NCBI GenBank assembly: GCA_049654745.1
Contig: JBASIK010000145.1
Span: 14,122 to 78,121 of the forward strand
Length of the DNA stretch: 64,000 bases
Direction of reading: 5' to 3'
Source of the DNA: Bacteroidales bacterium
Lineage (GTDB): Bacteria; Bacteroidota; Bacteroidia; Bacteroidales; VadinHA17
This document shows, piece after piece, positions 19,012 through 27,346 of this stretch (its first letter is position 1; each line of letters starts with the position of its first letter). Below the pieces are notes generated by a model. It ran no database searches, was not told where the DNA came from, and worked only from the letters and a program-made list of their open reading frames with translations. The position numbers and the translations under genes were made by a program.

Positions 19012-20229
19012 TCAAATCCCCAGCTTTGCCTTTATGGCAGGAGGCACACCATTTTTATGCACCATAATAAAAATGGTTTTTGCCCGTACATAATTTTCTG
19101 ACATGTTCAGATAGCCACCAAACGGATTTCTTTCGGTACCCCATGAATTTTTCGTTTTGTAATACTTTGTGCCGTACTGGTCTTTCAGCAACCCCGTTAT
19201 GTGCATCATATGGTCGTCGGTGGTGGAAAAATTTTCATAACCTGCCTGCCTTATTTCCTGTGTTACCTTAATTTCAGGAACAGGACGGTTTCCTGCTGTC
19301 TTTGTATAAATAACCTGAGATCCCTCATTTTCTGCTCTTCCCATGGACGTGGAATAATTGTCGCCCCCTTCTGTTGCAGGCAAAATCGCTATCCCTCTTG
19401 AGTGCATGAAACCACTTTCGCTCACATCTCCATCCCATGCAATGGTATACCCATTGGTGAGTGAATAATCCATTATCTGTATAAGCTCATCAAGAGGCAC
19501 ATTGTAAAATTTTTCCATACGCCAGTTGTCGGGTACCTCAACAACCCCCCTTGTATAAAAAGGGAAATGAGTAAATGATGTTATCTCAACATAATCATCA
19601 GGATTTATTCCCAGGCTTGCTGCAAATGATTTCGGTGTATAACTCTTCCCCTGGTATGTAAATGTTTCAGGAACTTTTCCGAAGTAGATATCAAAAATTG
19701 CATCCACAATCTGATGGTACTGCGGGCTTTCATTTTTCCTTCGAACCGGAACTTCTGCCACAGCATTTATGAAAGCATTCAGTTCGCTGTGATTATGAAT
19801 TGTCGATCCATAGTTGAGGCCAGAATAAACTTCTTCAGGTACTATGCCTTCCCTCGAAAACACTATCATCCAGTCGTGTGCAAGGCTACCTTCACCAAGG
19901 TTACCCCTGCCCTGCCTCAGGTAATTGTCTTTCAGCTTATCAATATAATTATACCTTACAACAAACATTTCAGAAAGGTCATACTCTCCCCTTCCCATCC
20001 TCAGGAGTTCAGACTCTATGAATGAAGTGGTTGCAAAACACCAGCATGTGCCGGTGATTGCCTGATTCTTTACTGATGTGGCTTTAAGGTCTGCCACCGT
20101 AGTAAAAACATATCCTTCATCAGTTGAAGTCTGCTTCTGTGATGCAGTTTTTATTTGCTGGGCAAAAACCGGAAAAACAATGCTCAGAAGGAAAAGTGAA
20201 GCAAATAATTTAGTTTTCATATAATTCAA
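19012..20229 (-). CDS. pepC: Aminopeptidase C / bleomycin hydrolase (C1B cysteine peptidase)
   Basis: NQAITGTCWCFATTSFIESE (catalytic Cys), DDHMMHITG (His) and KTKNSWG (Asn). Confidence 0.85.
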   Translation of the reverse strand: MNYMKTKLFASLFLLSIVFPVFAQQIKTASQKQTSTDEGYVFTTVADLKATSVKNQAITGTCWCFATTSFIESELLRMGRGEYDLSEMFVVRYNYIDKLKDNYLRQGRGNLGEGSLAHDWMIVFSREGIVPEEVYSGLNYGSTIHNHSELNAFINAVAEVPVRRKNESPQYHQIVDAIFDIYFGKVPETFTYQGKSYTPKSFAASLGINPDDYVEITSFTHFPFYTRGVVEVPDNWRMEKFYNVPLDELIQIMDYSLTNGYTIAWDGDVSESGFMHSRGIAILPATEGGDNYSTSMGRAENEGSQVIYTKTAGNRPVPEIKVTQEIRQAGYENFSTTDDHMMHITGLLKDQYGTKYYKTKNSWGTERNPFGGYLNMSENYVRAKTIFIMVHKNGVPPAIKAKLGI

Positions 20230-20230
20230 T

Positions 20231-20596
20231 TTATCTCAATGTGGAATAAAATGCATCTTCTATGTGTTCAACAGTAAATGATTTTCCGTCGGAAATAACC
20301 GTTATGACATCGAACCGGCTCTCCTTGTCAATATTGTAAATCCTTATGTAACTGTCGGCAGCATATATGATCATTTTCTGTTTTTTATCAGTCACGGCAT
20401 CACGTGGATGGATATAATAATCGTCCTTTCGTGTTTTAACCTCCACAAAAACCACATAATTTTCGTTCTCTGCAACAATATCAATTTCCTTCTGGCCCGA
20501 TTTCCAGTTCCGGTGTCTGATTTTATAGCCTTTTTCCACCAGATGGCGGACTGCTATATCTTCACCTGCCGGGCCTATGTTATTAATGTCGGCCAT
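20231..20596 (-). CDS. YraN family (UPF0102) endonuclease-like protein
   Basis: GEDIAVRHLVEKGYKI..NWKSGQKEIDIVAEN..VVFVEVKTR is the YraN signature. Confidence 0.85.
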   Translation of the reverse strand: MADINNIGPAGEDIAVRHLVEKGYKIRHRNWKSGQKEIDIVAENENYVVFVEVKTRKDDYYIHPRDAVTDKKQKMIIYAADSYIRIYNIDKESRFDVITVISDGKSFTVEHIEDAFYSTLR

Positions 20597-20601
20597 TTTA
20601 T

Positions 20602-21243
20602 TCAGATTTTAATCAGCTTGTTTCTTATTGCATACAGTATAAGACTTGCTGTATTTTTCGAATTGGTCTTTTCGAGAAGATTTGCACGATGCTTGTCGAC
20701 GGTGCGCTTGCTGATAAAAAGTGCATTTGCTATTTCCTGGTTTGAAAGTCCTTCACATATTTTCTCCAGTATCTCTTTCTCACGCTTCGAAAGGACGGCA
20801 ACTTTTGTTTCAGCTTCCCTGTGTTTGATTTTCTGAATGACATTCTGAAGCAGCTGCTGGGAGAAAAATGTCCCGCCACGCTTTACAGTATTTATTGCTT
20901 CCCTGACTTCTGAAATGTCTGAATCTTTAAGAATGAAACCTCGCGCTCCGGCCTCGGTCATTCTGTAATAATAATCTTCTTCACCATACATTGAAAGTGC
21001 AATGACCTTTATTTCAGGCTTTCTTTCCAGTACCTTAATTGTAGCTTCAACCCCATCCATTACCGGCATATTTATGTCCATCAATACAATATCTGCCTGG
21101 GTTCTGTCGATAATATCAAGAAGTTCTGCTCCGTTTGAAGCTTCTCCGGTAATTTCAAATTCCGGAATACCTTCAAGGAGAAGCTTCAGCCCGTTACGGA
21201 AAAGATGATGATCGTCAACAATAATTATTTTTATTTTTTCCAT
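20602..21243 (-). CDS. NarL/LuxR family response regulator
   Basis: Receiver domain (IIIVDDHHLFRNG, DIVLMDINMP) plus LuxR HTH (LSKREKEILEKICEGLSNQEIANALFISKRTVDKHRANLLEK). Confidence 0.9.
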   Translation of the reverse strand: MEKIKIIIVDDHHLFRNGLKLLLEGIPEFEITGEASNGAELLDIIDRTQADIVLMDINMPVMDGVEATIKVLERKPEIKVIALSMYGEEDYYYRMTEAGARGFILKDSDISEVREAINTVKRGGTFFSQQLLQNVIQKIKHREAETKVAVLSKREKEILEKICEGLSNQEIANALFISKRTVDKHRANLLEKTNSKNTASLILYAIRNKLIKI

Positions 21244-21254
21244 CTTCTGCTTTA

Positions 21255-22202
21255 TCAGACTATAATCTTTATCAATGCATTTGTTCCTTTGCCCTTGCTG
21301 CTTTCAATAAAGAAAACTCCGTCGATGGATTTCACACGTGTATCAATATTTGATAAACCCATCCCCTTGCAATCTTCAGTACCAAGTATCGAAGTGTCAA
21401 ATCCCCTGCCATTGTCTGAAAACTGAAGTGTGATAAATTTATCATGTTTGTTAAGTTCTATTTCAACCCTTGAAGCCCCTGAATGTATCAGTGAATTGTT
21501 AATTAGTTCACAAACCGCTCTGTATATTACAACTTCCTTGTCATTGTCAAGTCTTACCCCTTCCATGTTCGATTTGAAATCGATCTCAAGGGCCCGGGTT
21601 TTGTTAACTTTTGAAGTGAAGGCGTTTATAGCACTTGAAAGCCCGAAATTTGTAAGAACATGCGGGCTGAGATTGTTTGAGATCTCCTTGATAGTATTAA
21701 TTGCCTCATTAACCACATGGTTCGTATTCTGAAGTATATCAATTCCAGCAGGGTCGGTGATTTTCCCATTCAGAGCCGAAAGTGACATCTTGACTGTGGA
21801 AAGGAGGGGACCCAGACCATCATGAAGTTCCTTCGCAAATCTCTTCTTTTCGTTTTCTTCAGTGTTAATAATTGCATTAAGAACCCTTCGCTCAGTTTTT
21901 AGCCTGTCGGTTTCAGCCCTTTTAAGGGAATAGAATATCTCACGTATCAGTATAACCCCTACAATAATCATAAATGATATGAACACCCCCATCCATTCAT
22001 CTATCATCTGCCATGTAAAAGAGGGTGTACCCCGCAGTAGTTCCCAGAGCTGTATAATTTTTCTTATTGCCATGAAAAGAAATGAGAATGAAAGCAATAT
22101 CCACGAAAGCCTGTACTTTGTCATCTTGACAAAACTCAGAGCTATAATTGCAGCAATAACCTGAAGCGCAATAGAAATAATAAGGGCAATCAGCCGTACC
22201 AT
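21255..22202 (-). CDS. Sensor histidine kinase (HisKA_3 type)
   Basis: N-terminal TM segments, H-box ELHDGLGPLLS, and ATPase blocks NNSLIH, DNGRGF, GMGLSNI. Lies 11 bp upstream of the response regulator. Confidence 0.85.
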   Translation of the reverse strand: MVRLIALIISIALQVIAAIIALSFVKMTKYRLSWILLSFSFLFMAIRKIIQLWELLRGTPSFTWQMIDEWMGVFISFMIIVGVILIREIFYSLKRAETDRLKTERRVLNAIINTEENEKKRFAKELHDGLGPLLSTVKMSLSALNGKITDPAGIDILQNTNHVVNEAINTIKEISNNLSPHVLTNFGLSSAINAFTSKVNKTRALEIDFKSNMEGVRLDNDKEVVIYRAVCELINNSLIHSGASRVEIELNKHDKFITLQFSDNGRGFDTSILGTEDCKGMGLSNIDTRVKSIDGVFFIESSKGKGTNALIKIIV

Positions 22203-22306
22203 TCAAATGGCAATTATTCTGCAAAATAACAAGTTTATTCTGTTCCAAGCAATAAATATGTAACAGATATTTAACCGCATAATTTTTACAGGAACCTGAG
22301 GTTTTT

Positions 22307-22314
22307 TATCTTTG
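22307..22314 (+). promoter_or_regulatory. -7 promoter box TATCTTTG
   Basis: Exact TAnnTTTG. Its TTG is the start used by the ORF track at 22312. The first ATG is 19 nt downstream, at 22333. Confidence 0.4.
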
Positions 22315-22332
22315 CCGCGAAATCTTTTCATA

Positions 22333-23583
22333 ATGAACTTTCTTTACTCTCTGGCTGTAAGATTATATGTGTGGAGCATTTATGCCGCATCTCCTTTTAA
22401 TTTAAAAGCCAGATTATGGGTGAAAGGCAGGAAAGGGTGGAAAGAAAAACTGTCATCAAAGTCAGAATATTTAAACAATCCTGTATGGATACACTGTGCG
22501 TCACTGGGAGAATTTGAACAGGGAAGGCCGCTTATTGAAATGATAAAAGAAAAAAAACCTGATCAGAAAATTCTTCTCACCTTTTTTTCACCATCAGGGT
22601 ATGAAATCAGAAAGAACTATTCTTTTGCCGATTATATATGCTATCTCCCCTCCGACACACGAAAAAATGCAAAGTATTTTATTGAAACAGTAAAACCGGT
22701 AATGGCAATTTTCATAAAGTATGAGTTCTGGAATAATTATATATCGGAACTCTACTTAAAAGGAATCCCGTTGTATCTGGTCTCCGGAATTTTCAGAAAC
22801 TCACAGCATTTTTTTAAATGGTACGGAAGTTTTTTTCTTGGGATGCTAAAAAAATTCACCCATTTTTTCCTGCAGGATGAAGCATCGGCAGAGCTTCTTC
22901 GTAAAGCTGGAATAAACAATTTTACAGTGACTGGTGACACGAGGTTCGACAGGGTATCAAAAATCGCCGCATCTGCACCGGTAATACCTGTGATTGAAGA
23001 GTTCAGAAACGGTGAAAAAGTTTTTCTTGCAGGAAGCAGCTGGCCTGAAGATGAAAAAATTATTGTTAAGTACATCAACAGCAATCCCGGAAGGATGAAA
23101 TGGATATTTGCCCCACACGAGCCGGAACCTTCAAATATTGACAGGCTTGAAAGGATGATAAAAACAAATTGTGTCAGATTTTCAGAATTTTCGGGAAAGA
23201 ACAAGGATGCAAGGGTATTAATAATTGATAAAATCGGAATTCTTTCATCTGCTTACCGGTATGCATATATTGCAGCGGTTGGAGGGGGCTTTGGAAAGGG
23301 AATACACAATATTCTGGAGCCTGCCTGCTGGGGTATCCCGGTTATGTTCGGGCCAAACTACCGGAAGTTCAGAGAGGCTGTCAGCCTGCTTGGCAGAAAA
23401 GGTGCATTCTGTTTCAGAAATTTTGAAGAATTCAGCACTATCCTCGATGAACTTCTCTCCAGCATGGAACTCTATAAATCTGCTTCAGAAGCCACCCTGA
23501 AATATGTTTCTGATAATACAGGGGCAACAGATAGGATTCTTTCGTCAATTTTTCAACAAGATATTAACAACAATCAGGTTTAA
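22333..23583 (+). CDS. waaA: 3-deoxy-D-manno-octulosonic acid (Kdo) transferase
   Basis: WIHCASLGEFEQGRPLIE, GDTRFD and a C-terminal GT-B half typical of WaaA/KdtA. Start moved to the ATG at 22333. Confidence 0.85.
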   Translation: MNFLYSLAVRLYVWSIYAASPFNLKARLWVKGRKGWKEKLSSKSEYLNNPVWIHCASLGEFEQGRPLIEMIKEKKPDQKILLTFFSPSGYEIRKNYSFADYICYLPSDTRKNAKYFIETVKPVMAIFIKYEFWNNYISELYLKGIPLYLVSGIFRNSQHFFKWYGSFFLGMLKKFTHFFLQDEASAELLRKAGINNFTVTGDTRFDRVSKIAASAPVIPVIEEFRNGEKVFLAGSSWPEDEKIIVKYINSNPGRMKWIFAPHEPEPSNIDRLERMIKTNCVRFSEFSGKNKDARVLIIDKIGILSSAYRYAYIAAVGGGFGKGIHNILEPACWGIPVMFGPNYRKFREAVSLLGRKGAFCFRNFEEFSTILDELLSSMELYKSASEATLKYVSDNTGATDRILSSIFQQDINNNQV

Positions 23584-23730
23584 ATCTTGTTTATAATTTC
23601 ATATTATGCTTTATAAATGAAAGACTTCAAGAAATATAATTTGGCACTCTGGTATTTTCCAGAAAAGGTTTGTACGGAAAAAATAATAGTTATTGAATTT
23701 TAATATTTTACATAAATAAATCCTGAAACT

Positions 23731-26700
23731 ATGATCAAAAAAACAAGAGTAATTTTTGGAGTTCTGATGTTTTTGGCCTTTTCCGCGGTTTCGTTCGGGC
23801 AGGGTGCAACAACATCTTCAATGGCAGGTAAAGTAACTGACAACAGAGGTCAGGCCCTGCCAGGTGCTACAGTAGTTGCTGTTCATGTTCCATCCGGAAC
23901 TGTTTATGGTGCTTCGGCAAATGCCGAAGGTTTCTTTCTGATACAGGGTATGCGTCCGGGTGGCCCTTACAAAGTTGAAGTATCATTTGTGGGCTATACC
24001 AAAAAGACTTATACCGATATAACTCTTTTCCTTGGTGAGACTTTCGACCTTAATGCCTCCCTTGCAGAGAGCAGCCAGGAACTTACCGAAGTGGTTGTTG
24101 TAGGAGACAAGCCCTCAGCATTTAACTCACTCAAGACGGGAGTTTCTATGAATATCAGAAGCCAGGACATTAGCTCACTTCCCTCTATCAGCAGGAGCAT
24201 AAATGACTTCATACGCCTCTCGCCGCTTTATGGAGGCAGCAACAGTTTCGCAGGCCGCGACGGACGTTATAACAACATTGTCATTGACGGTTCAAACTTC
24301 AACAACAACTTCGGACTCAGCAGCAGAAACATGCCTGGCGGTGATGCAGAACCTGTTTCACTCGATGCTATCGAAGAAATTCAGGTTAATGTTGCTCCTT
24401 TCGATGTAAGACAGGCTAACTTTACCGGAGCCGGTATTAACGCAATTACCCGCAAGGGAACCAACGAATATTCGGCATCGGTTTATACCTATTACCGTGA
24501 CCAGTCATTCAACGGAACAAAAGTGGGCGATTTCGAGCTGCCTCCCGCAGCTAAAACATCAACAAAAATTATCGGTGCAAGAGTGGGCGGTCCAATAATA
24601 AAGGACAAACTCTTCTTTTTCATTAATGGAGAATATGAAAGCTCTTCTGTCCCGGGAATGGAATGGAAAGCCTACAGACCAGGCGTAAATAACCTTGGCG
24701 ATCCCAACGTAAGTCGGGTTCCTGCCGACTCACTCATCAAATTCTCAAATTTCCTGAAATCGAAGTTCGGATACGAAACAGGACCGTTTGAAGATTATGG
24801 AACATTCGCAATTGAAAACTATAAAATTCTCGGCCGACTCGACTGGAACATAAGCCAGAGACATAAATTAAGCATCCGCTTCAATACGGTACGCAATACA
24901 AACGACCAGCTGCTTAATGCAACAAGCGCTCCCAATCCAAGGGCATCTTCAAGCAGAGTTGGGGTAAATGCGATGTCGTTTAAGAATTCAAACTACGGAT
25001 TCCTGAATACTGTATATTCACTCTCAGCTGAACTTAACAGCAATCTCTCATCTGCACTTTCTAATCAGATTCTCGGCACTGTAACTTTGATTCAGGATAC
25101 AAGAACAAGTCCGAGTGAGATTTTCCCATTCATTGACATCTGGGACGGTTCCGGTGATGCATATATGAGTGCCGGTTATGAACTCTTTACTTTTAATAAT
25201 AATGTGGTAAACAATGTATATACAATAGTTGACAATGTCACTTACAAGACCGGCCGCCATAATATAACAAGCGGTATATCATTTGAATACCTTTATTTCG
25301 GCAATTCATATATGCGCTATGGTACAAGTTACTACAGATTCAAGGACCTGCAGTCATTTGTGAACCATGTTAACGGAGTACCAGGTTATCAGCCGATTGC
25401 TTTTGCAATAACCTATTCATTCGACCCCAATAATCCCAAACCGGTTGCAGAACTTGGTTTCGGACAGCTTGCTGCTTATGCACAGGATGAATACAATTTG
25501 CTTGATAACTTAAAAATTACCTATGGTATCAGGTTTGATGTGCCGCTCTACCTTAATGAATTAAAATCAAATCCTGCTGTTGCTGCTCTTACATTTGATA
25601 ATAATGTAAAGCTCGACCTCGGGAAATGGCCTGAAACAAAGGTAATACCTTCCCCGAGGGTTGGTTTCAACTGGGATGTCTTCAAGAACAGAGTACTTAA
25701 GGTACGTGGTGGAACAGGTATCTTCACAGGACGCCTGCCTTTTGTCTGGTTCACCAATCAGCCTACAAACAGTGGTATGCTTCAGAACACAGTTGAGTTA
25801 ACATCAACTGCCACACTTGATTCCATAAAATTCAATCCCGATCCGTTCTACAACATGGGAGCCACAAATTATAATACCACAACAAAAACCCACGATCCTC
25901 TGTTTCCTACGACTGCAGGCACAAAATCACCAAGCTCAATAGCAGCCATCGATCCTCAGTTCAAAATGCCTCAGGTATGGAGGACAAGCCTGGCAGCCGA
26001 CATAAAGCTGCCCCTCGACATGAGCCTTACTCTTGAGGGAACATATACACAGGATATCAATGCAATTGTTCAGAAAAACCTCAACCTCAAGCCGGCTGAC
26101 CTTGCCCCCTATGATGGACCAGACAAAAGGCCGGTATGGTCAACAGCAGGCAGAAAGGTCTATTCAAACCTCTCGGAAGTAATGCTTCTTACCAACACCA
26201 GCCGTGGTTATAGCTGGACTTTCACTGCACAGCTCAATTTCCCCATTGTGAGGAACTTCAACGGTATGTTCGCCTACACTGCTTCGATGGCAAAAGACAT
26301 CACCGGCAACCCAGGCTCCCAGGCAGCCTCGGCATGGTCGAACAACCTGTCAGTTAGAGGACAAAACGACCTCGACCTGAGCTATTCGCAGTACCTCACC
26401 CCCCACCGACTTGTGGGCTCACTCAGCTACAGGTTTGAATACCTGAAACATGCAGCTACAACTGTTTCAGTATTCTACTCAGGTTATGTCGCAGGCAACT
26501 TCTCATACAGGTATTCCAACGACTTCAATAACGACGGTGTAAATGCCGACCTTATCTATATCCCGAAAGACCAGACCGAAATTACTTTCGAGGATTATAT
26601 TGTTGGCGGAGTGGTTAAGTACACCGCTGCCCAGCAGGCATCTGCTTTCTGGGCATACGTTGCACAGGACAAATACCTCAGGAACCACCTGGGACAGTAC

Positions 26701-27033
26701 GCTGAACGTAACGGGGCATTCTTCCCATGGTACCATAGATTCGACGTAAAAATACTGCAGGATATCTTTGTAAACATCGGAGGTAAAAGAAATTCCCTCC
26801 AGATTTCAGCTGACATTCTTAATTTTGGCAACCTGCTAAATCCGAACTGGGGTGTTAGAAAAGAACTCACCCTGAACAACGGTTCAATACTTTCATCAAG
26901 AATCGTGTCGAACAAGCCTGTATTCAAAATGGTTGAAGCAGGAGGCAAACTGCCTACATCCACATTCAAGAATGTGAATACAACAGCCAGTACCTGGGGA
27001 CTTCAGATTGGACTCAGATACACATTCAACTAA
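23731..27033 (+). CDS. TonB-dependent receptor with N-terminal carboxypeptidase-regulatory-like domain
   Basis: 1100 aa with a signal peptide. GKVTDNRGQALPGATVVAV (CarboxypepD_reg), a plug region, and a C-terminal beta-barrel ending LRYTFN. No SusD-like gene follows. Confidence 0.85.
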   Translation: MIKKTRVIFGVLMFLAFSAVSFGQGATTSSMAGKVTDNRGQALPGATVVAVHVPSGTVYGASANAEGFFLIQGMRPGGPYKVEVSFVGYTKKTYTDITLFLGETFDLNASLAESSQELTEVVVVGDKPSAFNSLKTGVSMNIRSQDISSLPSISRSINDFIRLSPLYGGSNSFAGRDGRYNNIVIDGSNFNNNFGLSSRNMPGGDAEPVSLDAIEEIQVNVAPFDVRQANFTGAGINAITRKGTNEYSASVYTYYRDQSFNGTKVGDFELPPAAKTSTKIIGARVGGPIIKDKLFFFINGEYESSSVPGMEWKAYRPGVNNLGDPNVSRVPADSLIKFSNFLKSKFGYETGPFEDYGTFAIENYKILGRLDWNISQRHKLSIRFNTVRNTNDQLLNATSAPNPRASSSRVGVNAMSFKNSNYGFLNTVYSLSAELNSNLSSALSNQILGTVTLIQDTRTSPSEIFPFIDIWDGSGDAYMSAGYELFTFNNNVVNNVYTIVDNVTYKTGRHNITSGISFEYLYFGNSYMRYGTSYYRFKDLQSFVNHVNGVPGYQPIAFAITYSFDPNNPKPVAELGFGQLAAYAQDEYNLLDNLKITYGIRFDVPLYLNELKSNPAVAALTFDNNVKLDLGKWPETKVIPSPRVGFNWDVFKNRVLKVRGGTGIFTGRLPFVWFTNQPTNSGMLQNTVELTSTATLDSIKFNPDPFYNMGATNYNTTTKTHDPLFPTTAGTKSPSSIAAIDPQFKMPQVWRTSLAADIKLPLDMSLTLEGTYTQDINAIVQKNLNLKPADLAPYDGPDKRPVWSTAGRKVYSNLSEVMLLTNTSRGYSWTFTAQLNFPIVRNFNGMFAYTASMAKDITGNPGSQAASAWSNNLSVRGQNDLDLSYSQYLTPHRLVGSLSYRFEYLKHAATTVSVFYSGYVAGNFSYRYSNDFNNDGVNADLIYIPKDQTEITFEDYIVGGVVKYTAAQQASAFWAYVAQDKYLRNHLGQYAERNGAFFPWYHRFDVKILQDIFVNIGGKRNSLQISADILNFGNLLNPNWGVRKELTLNNGSILSSRIVSNKPVFKMVEAGGKLPTSTFKNVNTTASTWGLQIGLRYTFN

Positions 27034-27057
27034 ATCCTTAAAAGTTAATTAATGTTC

Positions 27058-27092
27058 GAAGGGGGGTTAAATAATAACCCCCCTTCTTTTTT
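27058..27092 (+). terminator. Rho-independent terminator
   Basis: Perfect 12-bp stem gaaggggggtta / taaccccccttc (27058-27069 / 27075-27086), loop aataa, then tttttt. Confidence 0.8.
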
Positions 27093-27346
27093 AAAGATAC
27101 CTCTGTCTTAATGTGCTGTTTATTAATTACTTACATTTATAACTCGAGCATAAAACACACACCTTCAGGAAGAAAAATATAAACTCATTAACGGTTAATA
27201 ACTATTGAATCAAATGTTAATAACCTTAATTTTTTTGACTTGCTTTTAGAACCTCTGTTATCTAATTTAGCAACTACCCGCCTTTTTTACCGGTGGTTGT
27301 CTAACATAATCTTTTTCAGTAAATAATAGCATAATACGTTCAGGAT

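Noticed and set aside
23731-27033. TonB-dependent receptor as the SusC of a polysaccharide utilisation locus
   Set aside because: No SusD-like lipoprotein gene follows it; a strong terminator and then nrdJ do. The GH16, GH26 and FISUMP genes are 15 kb or more away and not co-oriented.
27093-27346. Cobalamin riboswitch or NrdR boxes upstream of the B12-dependent nrdJ
   Set aside because: I see no B12-box-like GCCACTG/AGYCMGG-type core or conserved riboswitch helices. The palindromes present do not resemble the NrdR-box consensus as I remember it. A covariance-model scan would be the decisive test.
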